NCBI GenBank assembly: GCA_965140445.1
Contig: OZ223236.1
Span: forward strand, 544,001 to 608,000
From: Candidatus Ozemobacteraceae bacterium
GTDB lineage: Bacteria > Muiribacteriota > Ozemobacteria > Ozemobacterales > Ozemobacteraceae
Length of the DNA: 64,000 bases
Direction of reading: 5' to 3'
Shown here: positions 28,531 to 37,654 of the stretch, piece by piece
Numbering within the stretch: the stretch's first letter is position 1
How the letters are laid out: each line of letters starts with the position of its first letter
Made by a program: the position numbers and the translations under genes
Notes under the pieces: generated by a model
What the model was told of the DNA's origin: nothing
What the model saw: only the letters and a program-made list of their open reading frames with translations
The model's database searches: none

Positions 28531-29892
28531 ATGTTATTCTCGTTAGAAGAAGTAATTGAAACCATCAGTGCCGTAGGTGTTGAAACGTTCGATGTACGAA
28601 CCATCACCTGCGGAGTCAACCTTTTAAGTTGTGCAGATCCCGATGTAAATAAATGCGCTCAAAAGGTGTATGAAAAAGTTACCAAAGTAGCGCGCGACCT
28701 GGTTCCAACTGCTCGCAAGATTGAAAAAAAGTTTGGTATCCCAATAGTAAATAAACGCATATCGGTGACTCCTGTTGCTCAACTTGCTGGAGCTTTTACT
28801 GATCCAACGGCTGTTCCAATTGCTGAGGCTCTTGATAGAGCTGCGAAAGAGCTAGGAATTGACTATGTTGCAGGTTTCAGCGCTCATGTGCAAAAAGGCT
28901 TTTCCCGTGGTGACCAGATTTTAATTAACTCAATTCCAGATGCTCTTTGCACCACAGATAGAGTTTGCTCAAGTGTAAATATTGGTAGTTCTCAAGCTGG
29001 TATAAATATGGACGGCGTTTACAGAATGGCTGAGATTGTTAAAGAAGCCGCTGGAAGAACAGCAGACCAAAATGGTCTTGCCTGTGCAAAACTAGTTGTT
29101 TTTTGTAACGCAGTTGAAGATAATCCATTTATTGCTGGATCATGTCATGGTCCAGGAGAAGCTGAAGCTATTTTAAACGTGGGTCTTTCCGGACCAGGAG
29201 TTGTTAGAGCGGCTTTACAAAATTCGGAAAATCTGACGTTTGGCGAATTGTCCGATCTGATTAAGAAAGTTAGTTTCAAGATCACAAGAATCGGGGAATT
29301 GGTTGGCCGGGAAGCTTCAAAGATGATGGGTATTCCATTTGGTATTATTGACTTGTCTTTGGCACCTACTCCTGCAAAAGGTGACTCAATTTCTGACATT
29401 CTTGAATTAATGGGACTTGAAAGAACTGGGTGTCATGGAACTACAGCAGCTTTAGCCATGCTTAATGATGCTGTTAAGAAGGGTGGAGTTATGGCCGCTA
29501 CTTATGCTGGTGGACTCTCCGGTGCCTTTATTCCTGTGACTGAAGATGCGGGCATGTGTCGTGCTGTTGAAGAAGGTGCTTTAAACATTCAAAAGCTTGA
29601 AGCTATGACATGCGTTTGTTCTGTTGGCTTAGATATGGTGGCTATCCCTGGCGATACTTCAGTTGATGTTATTGCTGGTATTATTGCTGATGAAGCTGCA
29701 ATCGGTATGGTTAATCATAAAACAACCGCTTGTCGTTTGATTCCAGTGCCAGGTATGAAAGCCGGTGACATTGTAGATTTTGGCGGCCTGCTTGGAAAAG
29801 GACCCGTAATGGCTGTTAATAAAGAATCTCCAGCTGTTCTGGTTCGACGGGGTGGTAGGATGCCGGCTCCAATCCATAGTTTTAAAAACTAG
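28531..29892 (+). CDS. UPF0210/DUF711 PFL-like family protein
   Basis: [33 protein letters not shown] and PAPIHSFKN motifs. Confidence 0.9.
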   Translation: MLFSLEEVIETISAVGVETFDVRTITCGVNLLSCADPDVNKCAQKVYEKVTKVARDLVPTARKIEKKFGIPIVNKRISVTPVAQLAGAFTDPTAVPIAEALDRAAKELGIDYVAGFSAHVQKGFSRGDQILINSIPDALCTTDRVCSSVNIGSSQAGINMDGVYRMAEIVKEAAGRTADQNGLACAKLVVFCNAVEDNPFIAGSCHGPGEAEAILNVGLSGPGVVRAALQNSENLTFGELSDLIKKVSFKITRIGELVGREASKMMGIPFGIIDLSLAPTPAKGDSISDILELMGLERTGCHGTTAALAMLNDAVKKGGVMAATYAGGLSGAFIPVTEDAGMCRAVEEGALNIQKLEAMTCVCSVGLDMVAIPGDTSVDVIAGIIADEAAIGMVNHKTTACRLIPVPGMKAGDIVDFGGLLGKGPVMAVNKESPAVLVRRGGRMPAPIHSFKN

Positions 29893-29908
29893 ACTTGTTT
29901 GACTTTTA

Positions 29909-29946
29909 CAAAGCCCTGATAGCTGATGAAGCTTTTCAGGGCTTTG
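29909..29946 (+). terminator. Probable terminator hairpin
   Basis: CAAAGCCCTGA...TCAGGGCTTTG inverted repeat after the operon; weak U tract. Confidence 0.6.
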
Positions 29947-29972
29947 CTTATATGGTTTTGGAGGATTAATTT

Positions 29973-30088
29973 CCAATAATTTTTGCGCTGTCATCAATAA
30001 AAAATTAAAAGGTGCTGGAAGGGTAAGGTTTTTTAAAAGGACGTCAATTAGGGGAAAAAGCCGCGACTATCAAGTTTATGAATTGGTT
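29973..30088 (+). pseudogene. Frameshifted C-terminal remnant of a class III cyclase gene
   Basis: Translates as PIIFALSSI/[-1 nt]/KLKGAGRVRFFKRTSIRGKSRDYQVYELV, aligning with the C-terminus of 33083-36046. Confidence 0.75.
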
Positions 30089-30119
30089 GCGATGACCTGG
30101 CATTCGATTTGGTTAGAAA

Positions 30120-33083
30120 ATGTACAAAACAAAAGAAAACATAGGAAAAAGATTCTTTATAGGGGCTGTTTTGGCCGCTTTTATTCTTTTTCCAATTTTT
30201 GTTGCTTTGGTTCATCAACATTCTTTATCTGTTAAAAATTCTGAGCGACTTAGAATTCTGGTCAAAGATGAATTGCTTTCTGAACTAGGTGAATTTAAAG
30301 AGGATACTAATCCAAGGCGTTATCTCGAGAATATCTTTAAGAAGATGGAAGAAGATCTTGGACTGACTTTTTCAGGAAATGTGAGTCCCGCAGCAAAAAA
30401 TGGTGTTGATCCAGAAATTTATTCAGAGAATATCCTTGAAAGAATAAATGAATATTTAGTTCAAAAGCACGGAATAAAACCTCTTATAATTGTTTCTCAT
30501 GGATATAATTTAAAGAATTTGTCCAGCTATTTTGATCCAGTTTTTAATATTGGAAATAATGACCAAAAGCTTTTAACAAATTTATTTGGCGTATCTTTGG
30601 CTTTTGACTTAGCCAGCAAGAATGATGGCGAATGGTTACTTGAATTTGTAAAAAAAATGCAGATGACTTATGAAGAAGCGAGAGATGACAAAAGAGTGGT
30701 CATAGAAAAGCTTTTTCATAAGTATATAAGCGTTCTGGGAAAATATTCCTCAGAACGGGGTATTTGTGAGGAGGTTTTTACCTCAAAGTTTGGAAATGAA
30801 AAGCTGTATATTTTTTCAGATGGCTTAAATCAAGCTGGGTCTTCTAATATATTTGGGGGATTTTTTATACTGGTTTCAGATTTATCGGTAAAGTCCGAGA
30901 AAATTTTAAAAAATGCAGTTATTAGTCGGAATAAATCAATAAAGAGGGAAATCGTTTATTCTGAGAACGAAAGCAGAAGCAATCAGGTTAATGATAAAGG
31001 CTGGATTAAGATATCTGGAAACTGTTCTGCAGAATTCTATGGTCATTTCTCTAACGAAGTCAGGAATCTAGATCTGCCAAAAATAAGAAATCTGAAGAAT
31101 ATTTCGCTAAAGGTTTCTGCAGACTTAAATGACTTTGCATCAACATTTGAAGAAACTTTTGTTAATTTTGGCTTTTTAGCCCGGCTTTTTATCCTTTTTC
31201 TTTTAACCGGACTATTTCATTTCGCATTTTTTGGCTTTCCATATGACCCTGGTTTAAGAAGGAAAATTTTGCTGTTAACTGGAGTCATATTGCTTCTTCC
31301 TTATGCTTTGATTGGGTATAGCTCAAAACTTCTATTTGAGAATATGGATCAACTTCGAAAAAGAGAGATACAAATAGATGGCGAAAGTAGGCTTTTTGAA
31401 GTTTCACAATTTGTAAAAGATTTAAGAATTAGAAGAGTTTTGAATGGTCTAAAAGCAAAAATTTCCACAATCAAGGAGCGGGAAAATATAAGGGCCGGGC
31501 ACATGAGTGAAAAAGGTAGAGGATTTTTTAAAGAAGCAATCTTAGGCCAATTAAAGCTTTTTTACAAAGATGGCTATTTTTGCGAAATCACTAATTCATT
31601 CATTACTTATGAAGAAATTAAGCAGCTATTTATTTTAATGAGTGCGAAATATCTTGATTCAATGGGAATTTTGGACAAAAGCAAAATTGAGAATCAGAAA
31701 AATCTTCGCAAGGCTTCTTATACTGATGGATTTATTGATGGATTAACTCGTGATTACTTTGAAGGGAGACAAATGCGTAATGAAGGAGTTGAAACTCAAA
31801 ATATAACTACTCTAGAAGGTTTGTCTAAAATGTTATTTTTTCTGATTCCAGAATCAATGAATGAAAATGTATCTATAGACGCAATTGGCTTTATTCAGCT
31901 TTCAAACTTCAGAGATATTGGCAACATCTTTTTAGAGCTGGCAATCAATAAAGGCTTTCTCCTGGAGGAAATAGAACCTTTCAAAACATATAGATTTGCT
32001 TTGGGAACAAGAAAAAGCGAAGATTTTATTTTAAATATTGCGCCCGAAAATTCTTATTCAAAAACGTTTTTAAAACCACTTCTGAATAAGGCGGTAAGAA
32101 CTCAAAGTTCAGGAAGTATCTCAAGTAGATTTGGAGATAAAAGAACCCTGCATTCATGGAAGTTTATAAAAGAAGATGCAATTGTAATTGCTGGAATAGT
32201 TGAGGCGGTTCAAGATCAGGTTTTGAGATTTTGTATTCAGGCATTGCCATTTGTGTTTGCAGTTATTTCTCTTCTGAGTTTGGTTCTTATTGGTGAAGCT
32301 ATATATATTTTGCTTGTAAAGCCTGTGAGTGTTTTTATCACTGGTGTTAAACAAATTGGACTTGGGGATTTTCAAACTACAATAGAAATTGAAAAGTCGG
32401 ATGAATTTTCTGATTTGGCAAAGTCTTTCAATGAAATGTCTTCTGGGCTGCTACAAAAGGAAAAAATGAAGCGCTTTGTATCTGACAAATTGTTGGAGAG
32501 AGTCGAAAAAGGGCACCAGGACACAATTTCCAAGGAAACGGCAGAAGAATATGATTTATCTGTTCTTTCTTCTGATATTAGAGATTTTACCAGTATTACA
32601 GAAAAAAATGATGCTCAAGAGATTGTAAGTCTTTTAAACGATTATTTTACTGAAATGGAACAAGCAATAATAATAAATGGAGGCATAATTGACCGATTTA
32701 TTGGAGATGCGGTTTCGGCAGTATTCTATGCAGACGACGAGTCAGAACACCATGCCTTTAGAGCTGTGAAAGCAGCAATAGAAATGCGGGAACGCATAAA
32801 AATGATAAATCTCGCCAGATCAAAAGCAGGAAAATTTGAAATTGAGAATGGAATAGGTATTTCAACTGGACGGGCAATTATTGGTGTTGCTGGCTCCGAG
32901 AGAGGTCGAAAAGTTTTTACTGTATTGGGCGAGATAACTAAAAAAGCAGATATTCTTGAATCTAAAACCAAGCTATCAAATAGCAAAGTTGTCATTTGTG
33001 AAAAAACGATGAATTTTGTTGAAGGCAATTTTGAGTTTAAAAGGCTCGCCGAAGACGATGAAAGTTTCGAGTTAATTTTTTAA
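30120..33083 (+). CDS. Membrane HAMP + class III nucleotide cyclase, C1-like half (metal-binding Asps kept)
   Basis: HAMP DEFSDLAKSFNEM; SSDIRDFT; IDRFIGDAV; lacks the N-xxx-R motif. Confidence 0.85.
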   Translation: MYKTKENIGKRFFIGAVLAAFILFPIFVALVHQHSLSVKNSERLRILVKDELLSELGEFKEDTNPRRYLENIFKKMEEDLGLTFSGNVSPAAKNGVDPEIYSENILERINEYLVQKHGIKPLIIVSHGYNLKNLSSYFDPVFNIGNNDQKLLTNLFGVSLAFDLASKNDGEWLLEFVKKMQMTYEEARDDKRVVIEKLFHKYISVLGKYSSERGICEEVFTSKFGNEKLYIFSDGLNQAGSSNIFGGFFILVSDLSVKSEKILKNAVISRNKSIKREIVYSENESRSNQVNDKGWIKISGNCSAEFYGHFSNEVRNLDLPKIRNLKNISLKVSADLNDFASTFEETFVNFGFLARLFILFLLTGLFHFAFFGFPYDPGLRRKILLLTGVILLLPYALIGYSSKLLFENMDQLRKREIQIDGESRLFEVSQFVKDLRIRRVLNGLKAKISTIKERENIRAGHMSEKGRGFFKEAILGQLKLFYKDGYFCEITNSFITYEEIKQLFILMSAKYLDSMGILDKSKIENQKNLRKASYTDGFIDGLTRDYFEGRQMRNEGVETQNITTLEGLSKMLFFLIPESMNENVSIDAIGFIQLSNFRDIGNIFLELAINKGFLLEEIEPFKTYRFALGTRKSEDFILNIAPENSYSKTFLKPLLNKAVRTQSSGSISSRFGDKRTLHSWKFIKEDAIVIAGIVEAVQDQVLRFCIQALPFVFAVISLLSLVLIGEAIYILLVKPVSVFITGVKQIGLGDFQTTIEIEKSDEFSDLAKSFNEMSSGLLQKEKMKRFVSDKLLERVEKGHQDTISKETAEEYDLSVLSSDIRDFTSITEKNDAQEIVSLLNDYFTEMEQAIIINGGIIDRFIGDAVSAVFYADDESEHHAFRAVKAAIEMRERIKMINLARSKAGKFEIENGIGISTGRAIIGVAGSERGRKVFTVLGEITKKADILESKTKLSNSKVVICEKTMNFVEGNFEFKRLAEDDESFELIF

Positions 33084-36046
33084 TGGAAAACAAAATTTTG
33101 TCAGTCAAAAGGGTACTTAGCGGTAAGTTTCTGTTTTTTATGTGGGTATTTACCCTTGTAATTCCTGTGGTAATGGCAAATTTCTCTATAACCTGGTTGT
33201 TTAGAACTACAGAGGACTCAAATGCCTCTTTTGCTCGATCAAAGTTAATTCTAGAATGCGAAATGTTCCGAGAAGAAGTGCGGGTAGAAAATTACCTTGA
33301 AAGAAAACTGAAAGAATTTTTTGCCAAATATGATTCCCAGCTGGCTGACGCAAGCCCTGAAAAGATTAGAAACATACTTAAAAGTGAAATTGGTGGGGAG
33401 ATTGCTGGGGTAATTGTTCACGGAAAAGATACAAACGATTTTGAAATTAGCCTAAGTTCATTTTGTAGACAAAGGCTTGCGGCATTTCCAAAGGTTTTTA
33501 CACGCAGATTTCTTCAAGTATTAAGCTCGCAGAACAATTGTGAGTTTTTTGATTCTAATTTGAAGCGAAAGATGGATTTGTTAAACAAAACTGGAAAATG
33601 GGAAAAAATCGAATCAGATGCTATTTCTTATGTTAGAAGACAATTTGGATTAATTGCGGAGATTCCTATTTTCCCTGAAAAAGTTGCATGGTCTGTCTCA
33701 GCAAGATTAAACAGCAGTGTTTATTTTTTTTACAAGCCCATATATGAAGAAAAAAAGGGGAGAAAGTTTGTTTCAAGAGGTTATTTTTTCTTTATCAGAG
33801 GGACTTCTATATCTGGCCTAAAGCTGTTAAAAGACAGTCTCAAACCAATGAATAGCCAATTGATCAGATCTATTACGCATTTGAATCATGAAATTAACGA
33901 TATAGAAGGATATAAAATCGAAAAAATTTCATCTTTTTCCAGAGATCTGAACGGTAGCCATTTAACTTTTACTCTTCCCCAATCATTATTAACTCATCTG
34001 GCTCAGTCTGGAAGTTTTTTTCCTGGAAAGATTTTTAAACTTTGCAGAAAAATGCCATTGTTGAGAGTTTCTTTACCAGCATCAGCGCTAAAACATCCTC
34101 TTGAACAATATTATTCAGGGATTAAATTTCTAAGCAGCATTTTAGCAATATTGGGAACAATTTTATTTATCAGGGTTGCACTTTTTGGGTTAGAAATTCC
34201 CTTGAGTATAAGAACAAAAGTAATTTCAGCACTGATTTTTATTGTTTGTCTTCCCGTATGCATGCTTATTGTCAGCTATTCTACATATTTAGAATTTAAT
34301 ATGAGATTTAATCAAGCTGAACTGGAAGATCATATGAAGCAGAGACTTGAGTCTATGAACAAAGCTTTTACGGGGTTTTCTGGAGAACAGCAAAATACCT
34401 GTCTAAAAATTAAGGAAAGTATCGAAAAAATTCTAAAAACTAATCCGGATCAAAAAGTGTTAAAGACTCATCTGGAAAAAGTTATTAATTCCGGGATTGC
34501 TCAGGATGCTTTCATTTTTGATACCAGTAATAGAGTGATACATGTCTCAAACAATTCTGCGCGCTTGATTGGAAAAATTGACCCGGATGAAGACTCACAC
34601 ATTAAGCTTCTTACTAAAGCTCTAATTAATATTGTGGAGTCTGATGGAAAGATAAACAATGGCAATAGAGCCGAAGTTCTGGCTTTAGCTAATGAAAGTT
34701 TTTATATTGATGCTCGTTTTGGAAACATAATTCTAAACAGCTGCGGGCGAATTATGAAACTTGGAAATTTTTCCAATGGAACCAAGTATTCCACTTTGAA
34801 AATAATTCATCCACTTACGGGAAGATTTTATGGTCTCCTGGTGATTCGTTTCACAGAGCAAATGATTGTAAACGCTTTTATTGAAAGTTGGAAAAAAGAA
34901 CCAAATCGGCTTTCAGCAGGCAATTTTGAGCAAAATCTAAAAGACTATTTCTTTGTTTTTACTCGAGAAGATGAAAATCTAAAATTTGATGAGCATTTAT
35001 ACACTGAAATTGCCGATTTCAATAGATACCGGCCTATGTTGGAATTGGCAAACAAAATCAGTTCTTCAATTTTCTGGACCGATAAGTTCAATGATATTTT
35101 AGAGACTGCTTATATTAGATATTTTGCGGAAGAGCCTTTTCTTGTTCTTACTCTGGCAAACAAATCGATAGCAAAGCACCCTTTGTTATACGCGATTATT
35201 GCCATTCTTGTTTATCTTTTGGGACTATTTATTTTCATATTTTATCTCTTTGGGCAGATATATTTAATGCCAATTAATGAATTTACAAAGGTTTCCAGGG
35301 CAATTGGTGAAGGGCAAAGAGATTGTTTCCCTCAAATAGACGCTGAAGATGAATTTGGAGAGTTGGCGAGGTCGTTTGAAAAAATGATTATTGGGCTTGA
35401 GCAAAAGGAAAAATTATCCCAGTTTGTTTCAGGGGATGTTCTTAAAGCTTTGGAGACTAATGATGATGCAGGCCTTCGTCCAGGGGGAGAAAAAATAGAA
35501 GCGACAGTTTTATTTGCCGGAGTGCCAATTTTGGTGAATTCCTCGGAAAATAGTTCTATCGCGGAAAAGATGCGATTGTTAAACCTTTCCATTTCAATTG
35601 CTGAAGAAGTCGCTATAGAATGTGGAGGAATACTGGACAAAGTAATAGAAAATACTTTTATGATAGTATTTAGAGCTTCTATTGATGAAACTAACCACGC
35701 TATTTTGGGGGCAGAAGCAGCCTTATTGCTTAGAAAAAGATTTTTAAGTGCGGGTCTTAGTATTGAATCTGGACTTGCAACTGGAATAGTCGTATCAGGA
35801 AGAATCGGTTCAAAAGCTGGCAAACTTGATTTTACAGTAATCGGTGATACAGTAAATCTGGCTTCTCGTTTAAAATCATTGGCCGGCAAGGCTACTGAAA
35901 CCTCAATAATTGTTGCTCCTTCATCTATAAGGAAATTAAGAGGGCGAGGACGCGTCCGGTTTATTGAAAGAATACCAATTAAAGGGAAAAGCAGAGAATA
36001 CCCTTTATATGAACTATTAGATATAAGACAGGTGAACAATGCTTAA
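33083..36046 (+). CDS. Membrane HAMP + class III nucleotide cyclase, C2-like half (K, T, N, R kept)
   Basis: HAMP DEFGELARSFEKM; LDKVIEN; DFTVIGDTVNLASRL; lacks both metal-binding Asps. Confidence 0.85.
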   Translation: MENKILSVKRVLSGKFLFFMWVFTLVIPVVMANFSITWLFRTTEDSNASFARSKLILECEMFREEVRVENYLERKLKEFFAKYDSQLADASPEKIRNILKSEIGGEIAGVIVHGKDTNDFEISLSSFCRQRLAAFPKVFTRRFLQVLSSQNNCEFFDSNLKRKMDLLNKTGKWEKIESDAISYVRRQFGLIAEIPIFPEKVAWSVSARLNSSVYFFYKPIYEEKKGRKFVSRGYFFFIRGTSISGLKLLKDSLKPMNSQLIRSITHLNHEINDIEGYKIEKISSFSRDLNGSHLTFTLPQSLLTHLAQSGSFFPGKIFKLCRKMPLLRVSLPASALKHPLEQYYSGIKFLSSILAILGTILFIRVALFGLEIPLSIRTKVISALIFIVCLPVCMLIVSYSTYLEFNMRFNQAELEDHMKQRLESMNKAFTGFSGEQQNTCLKIKESIEKILKTNPDQKVLKTHLEKVINSGIAQDAFIFDTSNRVIHVSNNSARLIGKIDPDEDSHIKLLTKALINIVESDGKINNGNRAEVLALANESFYIDARFGNIILNSCGRIMKLGNFSNGTKYSTLKIIHPLTGRFYGLLVIRFTEQMIVNAFIESWKKEPNRLSAGNFEQNLKDYFFVFTREDENLKFDEHLYTEIADFNRYRPMLELANKISSSIFWTDKFNDILETAYIRYFAEEPFLVLTLANKSIAKHPLLYAIIAILVYLLGLFIFIFYLFGQIYLMPINEFTKVSRAIGEGQRDCFPQIDAEDEFGELARSFEKMIIGLEQKEKLSQFVSGDVLKALETNDDAGLRPGGEKIEATVLFAGVPILVNSSENSSIAEKMRLLNLSISIAEEVAIECGGILDKVIENTFMIVFRASIDETNHAILGAEAALLLRKRFLSAGLSIESGLATGIVVSGRIGSKAGKLDFTVIGDTVNLASRLKSLAGKATETSIIVAPSSIRKLRGRGRVRFIERIPIKGKSREYPLYELLDIRQVNNA

Positions 36047-36515
36047 GAAAATTTTCGAAGAAGAAATCATTGAAAAACTGTCACCAGGACAAATTTCAGA
36101 CTCTGGTGCCCAAACGATAAATGTTTACAAGATTATTTTAGATTCCAAAAGCGACTATGATATTGTTTGTGAGTTTGGAAGCGAATCTGCGAAGATAAAA
36201 GCTTTGCTTAAAGATGAGGATCGGGAACAGGACTTTTGGGAAATGTCGTTTTCGATTGCTGATTATAGGAACCCGGAGTATTTTCACGAGCATTTTATTG
36301 GCGTAGCTAAAAAGTTAGTTTTTACAAATAGTAGAATAATTTTGAGTAAAGGCTTTATTTTTGTGCAGTTTCAAGCATATTCAATTCTTTCTGAAAACAA
36401 GGTGGAAAAAATCTTTTCATTTTACAAGCCAAGATGGAAATGTAAACTCCCGTTTTTAAGCGCTAAGAGCGCATCATATGACGGGATTGCTTTTAAAATT
36501 GGTGAAACTAATTAA
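36039..36515 (+). CDS. Hypothetical protein
   Basis: 158-aa ORF overlapping the upstream stop; AGGTG RBS. Confidence 0.6.
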   Translation: MLKKIFEEEIIEKLSPGQISDSGAQTINVYKIILDSKSDYDIVCEFGSESAKIKALLKDEDREQDFWEMSFSIADYRNPEYFHEHFIGVAKKLVFTNSRIILSKGFIFVQFQAYSILSENKVEKIFSFYKPRWKCKLPFLSAKSASYDGIAFKIGETN

Positions 36516-36934
36516 TCTTTGTCTTGAAGACCTTTTAATACCGTTCCAACAGGAACTTTTTGCAGTATGCTTACCTTCTGTCTTTTAAAGAAGAATATGA
36601 ATGATTTTTTTTCTTTTTGCTGCCAAAAGCACTCCCAACGATCGTTTCCCAACTCATTAAGCTCTTTTTCCATTTTTACTAAATCCAAAGATGAAATGCT
36701 GATAATTTTGTATTCCCAATCGCCTATTTTCTCAAAATCCTGCTTTATCCAGATTTTGGCTTCTTCGCCTGCTTCAAGCCCTTTTTCAGAAACTTTTTGA
36801 TAATATTCTTTGGCTTTATCCCAATAGGATTTTTCAGTCTTTTTTTCTGTTTTTTCTGCTTTGATCTCTTCTGCTGCAAGTGAAAGTGAGAAAACTCCAG
36901 AAAATACAGCAATCAGAATTAAAATTTTTTTCAT
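36512..36934 (-). CDS. Secreted protein with DUF4177-like C-terminus
   Basis: Signal peptide from ATG 36934; WEYKII...LNELGNDRWEC...FFKR. Confidence 0.65.
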   Translation of the reverse strand: MKKILILIAVFSGVFSLSLAAEEIKAEKTEKKTEKSYWDKAKEYYQKVSEKGLEAGEEAKIWIKQDFEKIGDWEYKIISISSLDLVKMEKELNELGNDRWECFWQQKEKKSFIFFFKRQKVSILQKVPVGTVLKGLQDKD

Positions 36935-36953
36935 TTGTTCTCTCCCATTTAAG

Positions 36954-37586
36954 CTATTTATTTTCTTTTTCCTGAAAGAATTCATTGAAAATTTTAAGAT
37001 ACAGTTTTTTACATGGTGGAATAAAGTTTATTCGTGTTTTCTCTCGTTCCGGGAAATAGCATGCCTTGAGGAGAGATTTAACAAGGTCCGGGAAGTTTTC
37101 AAAGATTCCTTTAGCCTTCTCATGATAGAAAAGCTGCCACAAATGTCTGATGCGAGAATCATCATCTTTAAAGCCCATCGATTCAACTATCATTGGAAAA
37201 AGGGGGTGGAGATCTTCAGCTTTTTCCAGACGAAACCATGCTGATATAATTTCGTAAAGAGGAGAAATAGGTGATAAAGCAGGCTGTTTACCGCTTCTAA
37301 TTCTTTCTCCAAGAGCTGTTTCAATATCTATAACTTTTTCTGCTGTTAAAAATATTTCTGATGCAATGCTCAGGTAGAATTGATGAAATTCTAGCTCTGT
37401 TTTGCTCTGTATTTGCTTTACTCTAATATTTCCATCTTTTGGAAATGAAAAAAGCGCTGTTGCAATCTTGTTTTTAGCTAAAATTTTCTTGTTTGAATTA
37501 TGCTCAGAGATTTTTGGTTTAGTGTCTACTGAAGAGAAATCCAACTGGATTTCACGTGCTATTTTCTTTTTTAGAACTCTGGCCAT
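36954..37586 (-). CDS. Hypothetical protein
   Basis: 210-aa ORF co-oriented with its neighbours. Confidence 0.6.
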   Translation of the reverse strand: MARVLKKKIAREIQLDFSSVDTKPKISEHNSNKKILAKNKIATALFSFPKDGNIRVKQIQSKTELEFHQFYLSIASEIFLTAEKVIDIETALGERIRSGKQPALSPISPLYEIISAWFRLEKAEDLHPLFPMIVESMGFKDDDSRIRHLWQLFYHEKAKGIFENFPDLVKSLLKACYFPEREKTRINFIPPCKKLYLKIFNEFFQEKENK

Positions 37587-37654
37587 TTGATGATATTAGC
37601 GCCTTATGGTTTTTTACTTTTATTACATTACAACATTATTTTTTAAGGCTGTAA

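Noticed and set aside
35332..36039. 235-aa minus-strand ORF and similar antisense ORFs in the track
   Set aside because: Shadow frames lying wholly within well-supported genes on the other strand.
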